DNA of 63,674 nucleotides, filler included, from Aduncisulcus paluster (GCA_024181965.1; 8 parts of 8 records of this genome joined end to end with filler, not necessarily neighbours in it), one strand, 5' to 3'. Positions 33,516 to 47,178 are shown, counted from the first letter of the whole stretch. Translations and numbers: made by a program. The notes: generated by a model from the letters alone, not told the origin.

Positions 33516-34942
33516 ATGGTCGACATTGAAAAACTTCTTCATAAAACACAAGGTGTTAGATACCTTCAATACCACTTTACTGATGCTACCGGCAAGCTTC
33601 GCTGCATGGAAGAGACTGCCCATAGAACTGTCCCTAATTTTTGTCACGGGCTTGGAATTGATGGCTCTTCTATTCCAGGTTATGCAAAGGTTGATTTTAG
33701 TGATGTTTTACTCAAAGGAGAGGTTGATACCATCAAGACTATTGATTATGAAGGTGAGAAACTCTCTCGTGTGATGTGTCACGTTGAGAACCCTGACGGA
33801 TCCCTCTCTATGGGNNNNNNNNNNNNNNNNNNNNTGGAATTGATGGCTCTTCTATTCCAGGTTATGCAAAGGTTGATTTTAGTGATGTTTTACTCAAAGG
33901 AGAGGTTGATACCATCAAGACTATTGATTATGAAGGTGAGAAACTCTCTCGTGTGATGTGTCACGTTGAGAACCCTGACGGATCCCTCTCTATGGGAGAT
34001 CCTCGTTCTATTCTTTCCAGAGTTGTGGAGCAATACCATGAAATTGGAATCGAGCCACTTTCTTTCTCTGAGATTGAATACTTCTATTTCGAATCCGACG
34101 GGAAAACACCATATGACAAGGGATCTTACCTTTGCAGTCCTCCTGAGGATCGTTGTGATCGTCTTCGTCGTGATGTTGTGAGATATCTTGAAGATCTTGG
34201 TGCTAAGGTTAGAAGGGCCCATCACGAGTGTGCTCATGGGCAGAATGAGATTGAAATGTTCCTTCAGCCAGCTCTTAAGAATTGTGATGATACTTTAACC
34301 GCGATGTGGCTCATTGAAAATCTTGCCATGAAGAAGGATATCAAGGTTGGGTTCTCTCCCAAGCCTCTCCCAAAACAGTCTGGAAATGGTCTTCATCAGC
34401 ACATTTCTCTTGTTGATCTCCACACTGGGAAGAATGTGATGAACAAGGATGAAGTTTCGAAGGAATTCTCTGATATTGGAAAGCATTTCATTGCTGGTGT
34501 CATCAAGTACTCAAGAGATATTGCTGCTGTTTTTGCCAGAAATGATGAGACTTTCAAGAGATTCACTGCTGGGCAGGAGGCTCCCGTGTGGAGTTTTTGG
34601 GCTCACAGTAACAGAAATGCTGTTCTTCGTATCCCCGCAACTCCTCCCAAAGATCTTCGTGTTGAGTTCCGTGCTGGAGATGCTTCTGGATCAGTCCATT
34701 TGCTGAATGCCATTATATTTGCTGCTGGTCTTAAGGGTATCAAGGACAAGCTCGCCTGTCCTCCTGAGACTAAGATTTCTCCTTTGAAGATGACAGAGGA
34801 AGAAAGAAAGGCCAGTGGAATTGCCAAGTTACCATGCTCCAAAGAAGAGTGTATCGAGATTCTCAAAAGCTCTGAACTTATTAGAGAAACTCTCGGAGGC
34901 CTGACAGATTGGCTTATTCACCCTGTGGCTGGTCATGATTAA
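33516..34942 (+). CDS. glnA: Glutamine synthetase, type I (prokaryote-like)
   Basis: DGSSI, EIEY, HHECAHGQNEI, SGNGLH, KRF..GQEAP, NRN.LRIP and EFR. One ORF after removing the gap duplication (33653-33814 = 33835-33996). Alternative ATG at 33480. Confidence 0.92.
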
Positions 34943-35676
34943 AATAATGAACATTAATATGTTAATATCTCATTATTATAGAATCCATGGTCAAATTCGA
35001 ATTCTGAATAAAGTTTATTTGAAAATTTTATTTTTTTGAAAAATGGTGTTTTTTTCGGATAGTCTAACATTTTTATTGATAATTGAATTATCATAATTGA
35101 AAAATTTCAAGGTGACCATTGGTCACTGACCAAAATATCAAAGTCTACATTTAAACTTCAAAGTTTCAAGGTTTTCAACATCCTACGCTTTATGTTCATT
35201 GGACTGTTTATAAATCAATTATCGAAGTGGATAACGTAAATTGATGGATCCAATGACTGTAAATAAACAGCATAATTCATACCGGAGTCAAAATCATATA
35301 AAAGAGGACAAAAAATAATAACATAAATAATTCAAAAAAAAACATCCATAAATCATATTGGATGGGAAAGACAGGAGTAAAATATATATAAAATGCAATA
35401 TACAGTTTACAAGAAGTTGGAGTAGTAACGAAAAAAGACACATAGACTGCCTTGGAACAATTGTCATTAAAATAAAATAAAAAATGAAATTCAATGAAAT
35501 GACATGACCTAATTATGTTTGAGGCATTGAAAAAACCCACTAGAATACATCTAGTTGTTAAGATGCGTTCGTTTCTTTCATCTAGAAAAGTTGAGATGAC
35601 AGTGAAATCAAAATACCGAAAAAAAAAAAAAAAGCCAATAATATTAATAAAAATAAAATAATAAAGAAACGGAATA

Positions 35677-38600
35677 TTATTTTATGGGATTCTTACTATT
35701 CTTATTGAGAAAACTCCCAGATTTGGTGCACATTAATATAACAAAGACAAGGAGAGACAGGAACAATCCTCCAACACACAAACATAACACGATAATGGAA
35801 GACATAGAAATGGCGACATTCCTCTCAGAGATACTAATTTCTGCTCCCCAGCCCCAAGAATTCCTTCCACGGAGCTTCCATGCATCGTGAAGAGTTTGGT
35901 GAAGAATAAAAAGATTGTCTCGCGAGTGACCACCGATACTATTGGATAGAATTTGCAAGAAAACACTTTTGCAACACCAAGAAAACGAAAAATCGGCTTC
36001 TAAAATATCCCGTGCATCACTTTTCATGACTTCACAAGTGCTTTGAGGAACTTCAGTCGGGAATATCAGACCAATTCCCTTGAAAGCTTCGAAAACAACA
36101 ACTGAAATTGGTGGATAATTCTTCCAGTTTGAGGAATCATCAAGATATTCCTCATTGAGTATCTCAAAATAGATTGTGGTGGAGTTAACCACAATAATCG
36201 GAAGATCGGATGCGTCTTCGTCGAAAATGAACCCATTCTCAATAAATCCACTTCCAGAAAGATAATCAAACGAATGCAGGATATTATTATCAAGAAGCTG
36301 GTTTGCGATGCATGGAGCAGTGTCGAATACACTGGCGTGAGTGCCAGCATCCATGTTATCATACAAAATGTCAGTATATGTTTCACTTGAACTCCATAAA
36401 ATTTCCCCAATATCTGAAATGAACATATAAGTCAGTGAATCGTCATCCACGCCAAGGCATTCGGTACAATCGATAAAGTTTGAGAAGTCTGACACAAACA
36501 TTTCGACGGTAGCACTAATTAAAGGTGAATTATTGAAGAAATTACTATGAATAATCTTCATGGTGATGCCATTTTCAATATAAGGATTATAATTGGGGGA
36601 TTCAATGGAGAGTTTTGAAGCACTGAGAAGGGAATTGTTGTACCATTGTCTTGTGAGAACAGAGTAATCTGTCGGGAGGTAATACCCTGGATAAAATCCA
36701 ATTGAGCCAAAGGATGTAGCATACCCAATGAATTCTGCTTGGTCTGAGCTGAATACAGACTCCGTGTCTTGGAGAAGACTCATCATTTGGCCCGATCTAA
36801 TAAAGGGAAGGAGAAGCTGAACACGTTGTAAAATAATCGATGAAAGAACATGAACTTCCTCTTCTTCGCTGTTGGTGAACGTCAGAGTCGGGTCATTCAG
36901 TTGACGTGTGATAATTTCCACTTGTGAGCTTGTCGGAGTGTTGTCCATTGTGAGTGGAATGCCAGAAAGATATTCAACGAGATCAGTATCGATGTGATTC
37001 CAATCAACTTGTAATGTTGGTTTGTTGTATTGATCTGTGTGATCTTCATCAAGATAATCAAAACCAAATGTGTCCCAGGCGGAAGGAATCTGTATAAGTT
37101 GATCCCAAACAGTGAGGACTTTTTGAAGAGTGATTCCTGTTGAGGCAGAAGAATCTGAGGACGGTGGTGGAAATCGACAGAGTTTGGCATCGGAATCATC
37201 AATAGAATCATCAAATGGGTCCTCGAAATTCCACAAATACTTGAATTCTTGCACGATTAAGGATTCTGTCACCTCAACTTCTTCACATTCTGGGAGTATT
37301 GGAACTTCATAAGTTGAAAGGTCGTCTTGTCCGAGTCGAGTCATGACAAGGAAAGTGCCTGAAAATAGTAATTTCCAAGCATAACTAACCGTTCCAACTC
37401 TAAATGAATTCATATCACCATAACTGCATATAACAACGGGACGTACAGAACCGGTAAGCACGCTATCTTCAAAAAGATTATCGATAAGATTAGAAAAAGT
37501 TGAATATCCAATCGATTTCTTATGTTCGGAGACTCTTGATGGAGCGAAGCGTTCAATATAATCAATCAAATGTAATGAAGGATTATTGCCATTTTCAACC
37601 AGAGCATTTGTAATCGGATGGTAGAACAAAGTGTGTTTGGACATGAGCATCGTGTAACTATGGTCAGTGTCAAACCCATCCCAATCCATAACATTATCAA
37701 GGTATTGTTCAAGGGAGAACGATATAACAGCTGTTCCAAAGAAGCCTTCAGGAGTAATCAGTGGAAACCCAGTGTTAATGACAGCCTTTCCTGTGTGCAT
37801 GTCCTGAGCGGGAGGGAATGTCAAGATGGGAACTTGGATACCTGCCTCACAGAAACCTACGCCAGAATACGATGGGAGTGGATCTCCTGGGTCGATTGAA
37901 TAGCAATGGGATAGATGGTGTTCCTGAAGGATTGAGTATGAGATCTCTGCAAACCATGTATCCATATTCCTAGAAACCTCTGAGAATACGAGGGTATTAG
38001 TGTCATTGTAACAGAACACAACATCCTCACAGGTGGTGTCATCGTCAGAGTCATCTGCAGCAGAAATGGACTCAATGTACGAGATGATATCAATGGTCTC
38101 GTAGAAACCATTAAACTCTGACATCAGACGGACCATATTCACAAGATTACTCTCGGGAATATCAATATGTCCGGTGTTGGATGATGATCCACTCCTCACT
38201 GAGTGAGAAGAGTTCAGCTTTCCGTTCGTACATACCTCGTTCTTGGTAGATGTCCCAGCAATGGTGGAAGTGTCTGAAACATAGAGGAGACAGCTCTCAA
38301 GGAGATGGTCAACACCGAGGGAGAGGAAAATAGGTACGGTAAGCAATAATTCTTGATCGGACAGCATATTCGAGATCATTTGTCTCTGATACGAGTCAAT
38401 TGAAGCATAAAAGGAGATAACACCAATATATAGTGGTGCTCCAAAGGCAATTGGACGAATATCGTCAAGGAATAAGGCGGTAGAAGACAAACCAACAGGA
38501 TTATCAAGCTTTTGATGATAAATTGTAAAGATAGAAACATCAGAATCGACACTGGAATACAATATATCTTTGGCACGTTTTATGGACCGTACCAATCTAT

Positions 38601-40184
38601 TTTTAGAAGCAGATGAGTGAGAGTTCCTCTGAGATGTCACATTAATCATGGAGTAGAAGTTAGTTTCCAGCTCAGAGAAGTATTCATCGAGATTATCCTC
38701 TAGGGACAACAAGATCCTTTCTGTGACCTTGACAGCTCCTGTGGAACACCAATTTTCATTGGATGTGGCATCAAGTTCATCGGAACAAGAAAAGAGAGGG
38801 TCCTCACCGGTGTCAAATATTGAATAGTTGGAAATAGATTCATCCTCATATCCGACACTGATTGATGAGATATCCCCCATCTCTATTCCACCAATGTATG
38901 AGCCATCGGTGGACACGATGGAGATGACATCTCCTTCAGCAAGCTGGGAGAGCATGAACTGGACGGTTTCTCTGAGAAGACTGACAGTGACAGAGGCAAA
39001 CATGTCCATCACAGACGAGTTCTGGCTGTTAATTGCGTCATAGATGCTCGATGGAATTGAGGGGTCGATTATTATGACAAAAGCACGTGGAATGTCCAAC
39101 GAAACAAGAGATTTATAGNNNNNNNNNNNNNNNNNNNNGTGTCAAATATTGAATAGTTGGAAATAGATTCATCCTCATATCCGACACTGATTGATGAGAT
39201 ATCCCCCCTCTCTATTCCACCAATGTATGAGCCATCGGTGGACACGATGGAGATGACATCTCCTTCAGCAAGCTGGGAGAGCATGAACTGGACGGTTTCT
39301 CTGAGAAGACTGACAGTGACAGAGGCAAACATGTCCATCACAGACGAGTTCTGGCTGTTAATTGCGTCATAGATGCTCGATGGAATTGAGGGGTCGATTA
39401 TTATGACAAAAGCACGTGGAATGTCCAACGAAACAAGAGATTTATAGAGAACGGAGGAACGGGGGTCGGATAGGGCACGGGATAGGAGAGATGAGTAGGA
39501 ATTCTTGTCATAATAATTGAATGCGGGGTAAGAAATGTTTGTTCCATCTGCCAAGTGAACATCGAAGGATAGAAAAGGGAAAGTTTCTTCAACATCTTCC
39601 ACATAAGAGCCTGAATCATCGCATTGTTTATATGTGAGATTTTTTAGATTTTTTATCTTTTCTTCTACCGATGGAAACATCAATAAGTGATCTGAAATAG
39701 AATCGCTGGCTGAATTAACTGAATAATACGACAAGTAATCATAAGAAACATCAATCGAAGCCCAAATATCATTATTAACTGTATCAACCGAAAGAGGAAT
39801 AGATCCATCCAATAAATCAGAAAATTCTACACTATCAGAGCCGTCATTATTGTACTTTCGGAGATTTGATACATAATCATCACGAATCGATTCAACTGCA
39901 ATCGCAATGGAATTAAATACTTCTTCAATTGAAGAAAATATACATTCGGCCAACAATGGATGGTTACGAGAAACGAGAACAGATTCACTTTCAAGATTTT
40001 CAAGAAGGGCTGAAGATCGATCTTTATCATATATCAAGCCAAAGGTATCTTCTAATATTTCAATTGAAGATGTCAAATCGGCAGCAGCTTCTTCCATATC
40101 ATAAGAGAAGACGACTGGTAAAAAGCTGACAGTCAAAAAGATGATGGCTAGGACAAAAGGTTTAAATGTGATGTATATATCCAT
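35677..40184 (-). CDS. alpha2-delta/CACHD1-like VWA + dCache single-pass membrane protein (paralog 1)
   Basis: Signal peptide; SDPRSSVLY followed by the VWA-like strand RAFVIIIDPS; Cache-like PAQDMHTGKAVINTGFPL...FFGTAVISF, LFYHP and YSVLTRQWY; C-terminal TM. One gene after removing the duplication at gap 39119-39138. Confidence 0.65.
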
Positions 40185-41258
40185 GACTACCAAAAATATA
40201 CAGAAATAGTAAATCTGAAATAATTTTCTCAAGAAAATCAAGCCGTTACAACCATTGGCATGAAAAAGGCTGAAATTGACTTTCTTTTATGCGATATTAC
40301 AGGCTAATATTTATTTAAAGGGTGAATCAGTTGAGATTTTGTTATTGGATTTAATATTTTCCATGTAATTGAGTGGAAATTGTTAAAAATTAAAAAAGGA
40401 TTTTTTTTGTTGTTTTGCAAGAGTTTTAGAATAAGTTTGATATTCATTAATACGATGATTTGTTGATGATAATATATATTATGAAAAGAGGTATTGTATT
40501 CAATTCTGGTCCCTATACTCAAACCCTCACCGATGGCTCATCCATAAAGCACCCTATTCCCAAGAAATCTGAAATTTTGAATGATATATCTTCTCTTCAT
40601 GGCAAAGGGATTGCAATATTTTGCTGAGATTCTCTTGTAACTGCAGGAATCCTGAAAAATCAATTTTACAAGTTGTACTGCCAATGGTCAGTGACCATTA
40701 ATTCATGAAACTCATAGAAACCGTGATATGGGTTAAATTGCCCCGATTCTGAACTTTTTAGATTGTGGTTGCCGTTAAAATAATTGTCGATCTGAAATAG
40801 TCTAATATTTCAAGAATTTTCATCTTTATTTTGAAAAATTGGATGGAGAACATTGTACAATATACCAGTCGGATAACACGAAGACAATAGATGAATAATA
40901 TCATAACAAATAATGAGAAAAAAAAACCAGTAACGGAAATGTAATAGAACATGGAACAAAGGAAAATGTAGAATGAGAAAAATAATGAAATAAATCAGGG
41001 CAGAATATTATTCATGAACATATAATAATAAAACAATAAAAAAAAAATCATCTTTAGGATGATCCTTAAAACAAAAGAGAAAACATGCCATGTGCAGTGC
41101 ATGTTCATGGATATTAGTTCATAAATAAGCTAAAAAAATATAATGTAAAAAAAATAAAATGAATGAGATAAATTATAGTTTATAACTATTCATGAAGTCT
41201 AATCAAATAATTATAGACGTTCACAGTGACATAAAACGCAAAATAATAAATATATGAA

Positions 41259-44200
41259 TTAAAATAGGTTAATCACAAAACATAAAACGAGTAGAAAAGC
41301 AAAAATAATACCAACAAACAAAGTGCCGACAATATCATATGTATCGACCATTCTTTTCTTTGTTTGATATTCAAAACATGATTCGTAGGTGCAAAACGAT
41401 ACCATGCCATCATTTGGAACAGCGCACACACCACCAGTCCCATCAATTCCACCACCAAGAGACCAGATGTGAGATATTTCACACACACTCATGACAAGAT
41501 CACACATCGATTCATATTCGGTTGAAGAAGATGACCCAGAGGAATCATTCAATGAAGACGTACATAGATCATTGTCAGGGTAGTTTGTGATGACAATGGC
41601 AAGGATATTAGTGCGAATATCTTGGAAAAGAATAAACTCTGGAATGATGCTTCCACCTACACATTCGGAGGATATTTGACCTGATAGATATGTCTGTGTA
41701 AATGTCTCACCGCCAACACTCACAGACACCGAATCAGTAAGAGCATCGGCATTAAAATAGAATTGGGAATCAACACTGCCACCATACGGACAAAACACAT
41801 CGTATTGCTTGAAAACATCATTCTCGAGAAGGGAATTTCCAATGCCGGGTGAAAGATCGAAGATATATTTTGGATCTCCATCTTCAACACTTGTGACAAC
41901 ATCTGCAAACCTTTGACTGTGGTTCACAAACAAGACTTCTCCTCTCAAAGAAACGATATAACATTCATATCCTGATTCACCACATAAACTCTCATTCAAA
42001 GCTTGGTTTACAATCGTTGTGGTGAAAATGGTCAAAGTAGAAAATCGAACAACCTCATTAATCTCATATGAATTCGATTTTTTACCAGTATCTACAACAA
42101 TAGGGCTAAGAACAGTAAAAACAGGAATGCCAGCAGGATATATCATGAATAAAGAGGCAAATATGTAATTGGCATCATACCCCATGCCCAAAGCTTCCTG
42201 AAAATATCCTCGTTCAGTCAAATTCAATCCATATCCATAGGGAGGGTACATGAACATATTTAGAATGGAATAATATGTATCAATTAACCCATTTGCAAAT
42301 ATTACAGTCTTCTTAGAGTCTGATAGACCAAATTGATATGTCCAATAGTACGAATACATTGAAGCAAGTCGCACAGAGGCAAGTTCACCATTAGACCCCC
42401 ACGTCTGAGAAGCTGGATCACCATTGAAGAAGTTGGTGATATCTTGGGCTATATCAACTGTGATCATATCTTGTTCAGTGAGTCCTAATCGTTGCATGAT
42501 TGTTTCATCCTCTAAAAAGAATTCCACCCCATTATACACGAGGGTTCCAGTTGTAAACAGGGTATATTCATCAGAGATCCCTTTGTATCCCAGTTGGGCA
42601 AGCTCAGTATTAGACAAATGTCCAACAATACTAAACTGGGAAGGATAGAAACAGGCTTCTTTGGTCGTCAGTGGATCAAATTCAAGACCAGAATAAGTGG
42701 AATCATATGATGTGGGATACTGGGGATCACACTTATTTGTAAGAATAGGGTCAAAAACTTCAATCACATCACGGGCTCCCAAACTAACTACAAAAATAAA
42801 ACCGCTGTCTCGAAGAGAATAATGGTATTCTATCACAACTGGATTAACAAAATCAACATTTTCATGGGTCTGTCTCAAAACAATAGCAGAAACAACGCCT
42901 TCTTCAACATTTCCATCAATAATTGTGTCAAGAATTAATTCACTGAAAGAAATTGACCCAGAAGCCGACTCAGAGGAAACAATAACTTCGAGTTCATCAA
43001 TGGAGGCTTCAGTCGAGTTCTTCCCGGAAACTGTAAGAGCAGAATGTGACANNNNNNNNNNNNNNNNNNNNGGCAAGCTCAGTATTAGACAAATGTCCAA
43101 CAATACTAAACTGGGAAGGATAGAAACAGGCTTCTTTGGTCGTCAGTGGATCAAATTCAAGACCAGAATAAGTGGAATCATATGATGTGGGATACTGGGG
43201 ATCACACTTATTTGTAAGAATAGGGTCAAAAACTTCAATCACATCACGGGCTCCCAAACTAACTACAAAAATAAAACCGCTGTCTCGAAGAGAATAATGG
43301 TATTCTATCACAACTGGATTAACAAAATCAACATTTTCATGGGTCTGTCTCAAAACAATAGCAGAAACAACGCCTTCTTCAACATTTCCATCAATAATTG
43401 TGTCAAGAATTAATTCACTGAAAGAAATTGACCCAGAAGCCGACTCAGAGGAAACAATCACTTCGAGTTCATCAATGGAGGCTTCAGTCGAGTTCTTCCC
43501 GGAAACTGTAAGAGCAGAATGTGACATCAATGTGCCATCAATCGAGAACATCATATAATAAGAGTAACGAGATCTGAGGAACATGTCATCATACTTGGAT
43601 CCATACGTACTCATGAGATATTCTGAGTTTCCTGGATTGATGGGATCTTGATAAATTGCATTCTCAATCTGATCCAGATCAATATATGTCATAACATAAC
43701 CGACAATCTCGAGATCAGCATTGAATAGAGCTTTCGATATGGTCATGGTGGCCTTTCCATTCACAGGATCGGAGGAAGGAGCAAAAACATTGGGAATAAT
43801 GGACGATATGAATGGGATATTGTGTGTACAATCGGTGATATCGGTGGCATCTGACATAGAGCATCGAAGACCAATGAATGTTTGGAAAGCATATGAAACA
43901 TCGATCCTTTTAACATCACCAATCACATTCGTGATATCTGTTGACATTCCAAACATTTCTGCCCATGCAATGATATTTCTGTCACAATTAGTAATCGTTC
44001 CACATAAAGATGCACCAAGAATCAAACTTTCTCCACCATAAGTCTTGATAAGAGAGAGAACAGCCTCACTGGCAGAGGGAACATCAATTCGCAATACAGC
44101 GCCACGCATTTCACGTAAGTGACTAAAAATAGTATCAATTTGAGAAACATTGTGCTGAAGAGATAAAAATAATGATGGATCATTCGTTTCGGCAAATGAT

Positions 44201-45801
44201 GAATTTTCGTATTCGCCATAACCATTTAACAAAGCCTTTTGAGAATCTAAAAACATCCAAATAGGTAATATTGGAGCTCCAGGAATGGAATTCATCTGTC
44301 TTTTGAGCCAAGGGAGGAAATAGGTATGGGGAGTGGCACCTAAACTCATAAACACAATTGAAAGAGGTGATCCATATGCCAATGGACGAGCAGATTCGTG
44401 AAGAATATCGCGTTCTGTCCGAGAAGAGTATGACATCGATGATATCTTCTCATCTAAAATATCTGTAAGAGCAACGGATGGATCAATGGCAGCTCGAAGC
44501 AACTGAATAGCTAAGGATGTTGCTGAGAAAAGAGGACTATTTTCCTCGGCATAATGAGCATTTGCTGTATTATCAATGGTATGGCTACTGAGATCAGACA
44601 TAGAACCCAAATATCTCTTAATGTTGGCAATCAATTTTGTACGGGCTTCAACAGTCATTCGAGCAAGTCCACCGGTTCGTTTAGTGCTTGTTGCCTGCCC
44701 ATAACACGTCTTTGCAGCAGTCGAAGATTCGGGAAACAAGTGTCCACGCCATTCCCCAGAAGTATCCACAATAGCCAAGTATGTATTATCATTGAGGGAG
44801 GAAATGTATTCACTCAGAGAACTCAAGAGAGATAAAAGCAAGCTCTGGTAAGTTACTTGGGATAATATTGAGGTAACATCGTCAGAAACAGAAACATTTG
44901 TTCCAAGAGAAGATCTATCGAATACATTGCCTCCAATTTCATGGGACAACAACGGAAGTATTAATTTATCAATAGTTGTGTCAAGGACTATCACAACACC
45001 ACGTCGCATAACAAAGGAAGAACTTGCAACAATGCCCGGCTGATCAAGAGGATCACGGGTCATCCGAGAGGAGACAGAGACAGAAGCATCATCAAAAGAG
45101 GCTCCAGAGTAGATGGCTGGGTATGTAAACTCAAGACCATTAGTTCCAACCACACGCTGAAACCCAATGAACATATTATTGGTCTCCCCATAAAGGTAAG
45201 CGTTCATATAAGTAGATAAACCTCCGATTGATTCGTCGTAATCTGATCCAACCGTTTGTTTGATTGCATGTGCAAGGGCGAAATCTCTCTTAGCTTGAGA
45301 GCAAGTTGAATGAAAGGTAGGAGGAATGAAATAACTTAAATTGTTATAAGACATTTGAAAAGATTCCCCTTTAAAACCAAGAAATTGTGTGGGAATATCT
45401 TCGTCAGGAATTAGAATATTCGAATCCAGAGGAAGAGTGGAATCAAGAGCAAAAGATAAATCTAAAGAGTCAAAGGTGGTTAACTTATTAAGAGATGATG
45501 AAATCGCATCTGAAATAGTTGATGTATATGCTTTGGCCTTGTCAGCAATATCTTCAAAAAAATCACCAATAGTTTCAACTAAAGAATCGGTATAAGCATA
45601 TCTTTGAATTTCAGGATCTGAAGAAAGATAAGCTTTTGTAAAGGAATCCGTGGGAGAGGCATTTTCTGCAAGAGTATCCGTGAAAAAGAGGAAATTATCC
45701 AATATATCAGATATTATTTTTTCATCAGTCTTAGGATACGCGAACACAATTGATGAGCAGAAGAAAACGATAAATATCAAAATACCACTATAAATATGCA
45801 T
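41259..45801 (-). CDS. alpha2-delta/CACHD1-like VWA + dCache membrane protein (paralog 2)
   Basis: Signal peptide; RGVVIVLDTT; PSSDPVNGKATMTISKAL...IVGYVMTYID; YYMMFSIDGTLMSH; terminal TM. RPLAYGSPLSI matches RPIAFGAPLYI of paralog 1. Gap duplication at 43052-43071. Confidence 0.65.
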
Positions 45802-45999
45802 ATGATAAGCAATGAACAGGACCAAAGCAATCAATCAACTGCAAAAACGCTTCAAACAAAATGAAAATCCTTATCATGAAAAAGATTCAAATATTATCAA
45901 AGACTAAAAGAATCTTTAAACTGAATTAGTGTTTTTTTTTTTTTTTTTTATTATTATTATATAATTCTTACGAACCATCTTCAAATGTTCAGTGGTTTC

Positions 46000-47178
46000 T
46001 CAATCAAATGAATCTTCTTCAGAGTCTTCAGCTTCCATCAATCCAGGAACAGGGAATAACAATATTGCTGCCAATCCAGACAAAGATTTCAACCTCCCAC
46101 CACTTCCCTCATGCTCTGTATTCATCACAGTCACTTTTCCACCATTATGGATAACTCTATCGTATAGATGATGCATTCTACGGCGTTGTTCAAGATCTTG
46201 GCTTCTCATTAACTCATCTGTGACCATGAGAGTTGAGATGGCATCGAGATCAGCAGCACCCATCACGGCACTTTCACCATACACGAGGCGTTCATCATCA
46301 TCCTCTATCATATGTCTCATCTTCTCTATCAAAGCAATATCATGAGCAGCGGCAGTATCCGCAACAAGATGTTTGGTTGATGGATCTGTGAAGATTTCTT
46401 TAATTGCATGCTTGAAACCTGTGCTCGTCAACAGAAGGATTGAGTCTTCAATAAATGTTTTCATTTCAACCTTGGTCGTGTGGGAACTCAGTGCTGGCAA
46501 AGACATCACAGTGCTCAGGGCATAAGATTTGAACTGTTCTCCAGAAGCATCGGGTGAGCCAATAACAAGGCAACGAGGAAGCTTGCTACCTTGACGAAGA
46601 GTCTGCACAACAGCAAGAAGCGTAGAATTATAGAAAGAATTAAACGCTTTTGATCTTTTCTCGTTACTGAACTTGCTCTTGTGGGGGATTGGGTGCTCTA
46701 TCTTAGCTTTAACAACAGAACAATCATCAGCGACAAGAACAAGTTGGGCCCTTCCCTCAATAATCAATAAGACAGCTATTTGAGCATAATGGACAATATC
46801 AGAAACTAACCGAAAACTATGAGCATGGTAATGGGTCCATTTCTTTGTAATTTTGAGGGTTGAAAGCAAGGATAATGAAAATGTATGGTATTGACCAAGT
46901 TTAATGTGCTTCGATTCCGTTTTGTTAATTCCAGATATCCTTAAAACTTGATCACCAGGATTATATTCTACCCCTTTGACTTCAAGACATAATTTCACTT
47001 TTACACGCTCACTACCTTCTTTTGATTGTGATTTTTGAACTTTTCTCGTTGTTGTAGCAAAGATAGTATCTCCATCTTCGATAATGTTATATAGACACCA
47101 TAAATCGGGTTCTCTTTCTGGAATAACCGATACTGTGGTGATTTCTTGAGGGATAGCTTCTCCTTTGAGTATTTTCAT
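46000..47178 (-). CDS. PELO: Pelota/Dom34 ribosome rescue factor
   Basis: PE..DLW.LYNII..GD...TTRKV, LRISG....SKHIKLGQYHT, YG...V..A, and HE..G.RL..L.GLAAILLFP. Confidence 0.95.
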   Translation of the reverse strand: MKILKGEAIPQEITTVSVIPEREPDLWCLYNIIEDGDTIFATTTRKVQKSQSKEGSERVKVKLCLEVKGVEYNPGDQVLRISGINKTESKHIKLGQYHTFSLSLLSTLKITKKWTHYHAHSFRLVSDIVHYAQIAVLLIIEGRAQLVLVADDCSVVKAKIEHPIPHKSKFSNEKRSKAFNSFYNSTLLAVVQTLRQGSKLPRCLVIGSPDASGEQFKSYALSTVMSLPALSSHTTKVEMKTFIEDSILLLTSTGFKHAIKEIFTDPSTKHLVADTAAAHDIALIEKMRHMIEDDDERLVYGESAVMGAADLDAISTLMVTDELMRSQDLEQRRRMHHLYDRVIHNGGKVTVMNTEHEGSGGRLKSLSGLAAILLFPVPGLMEAEDSEEDSFD

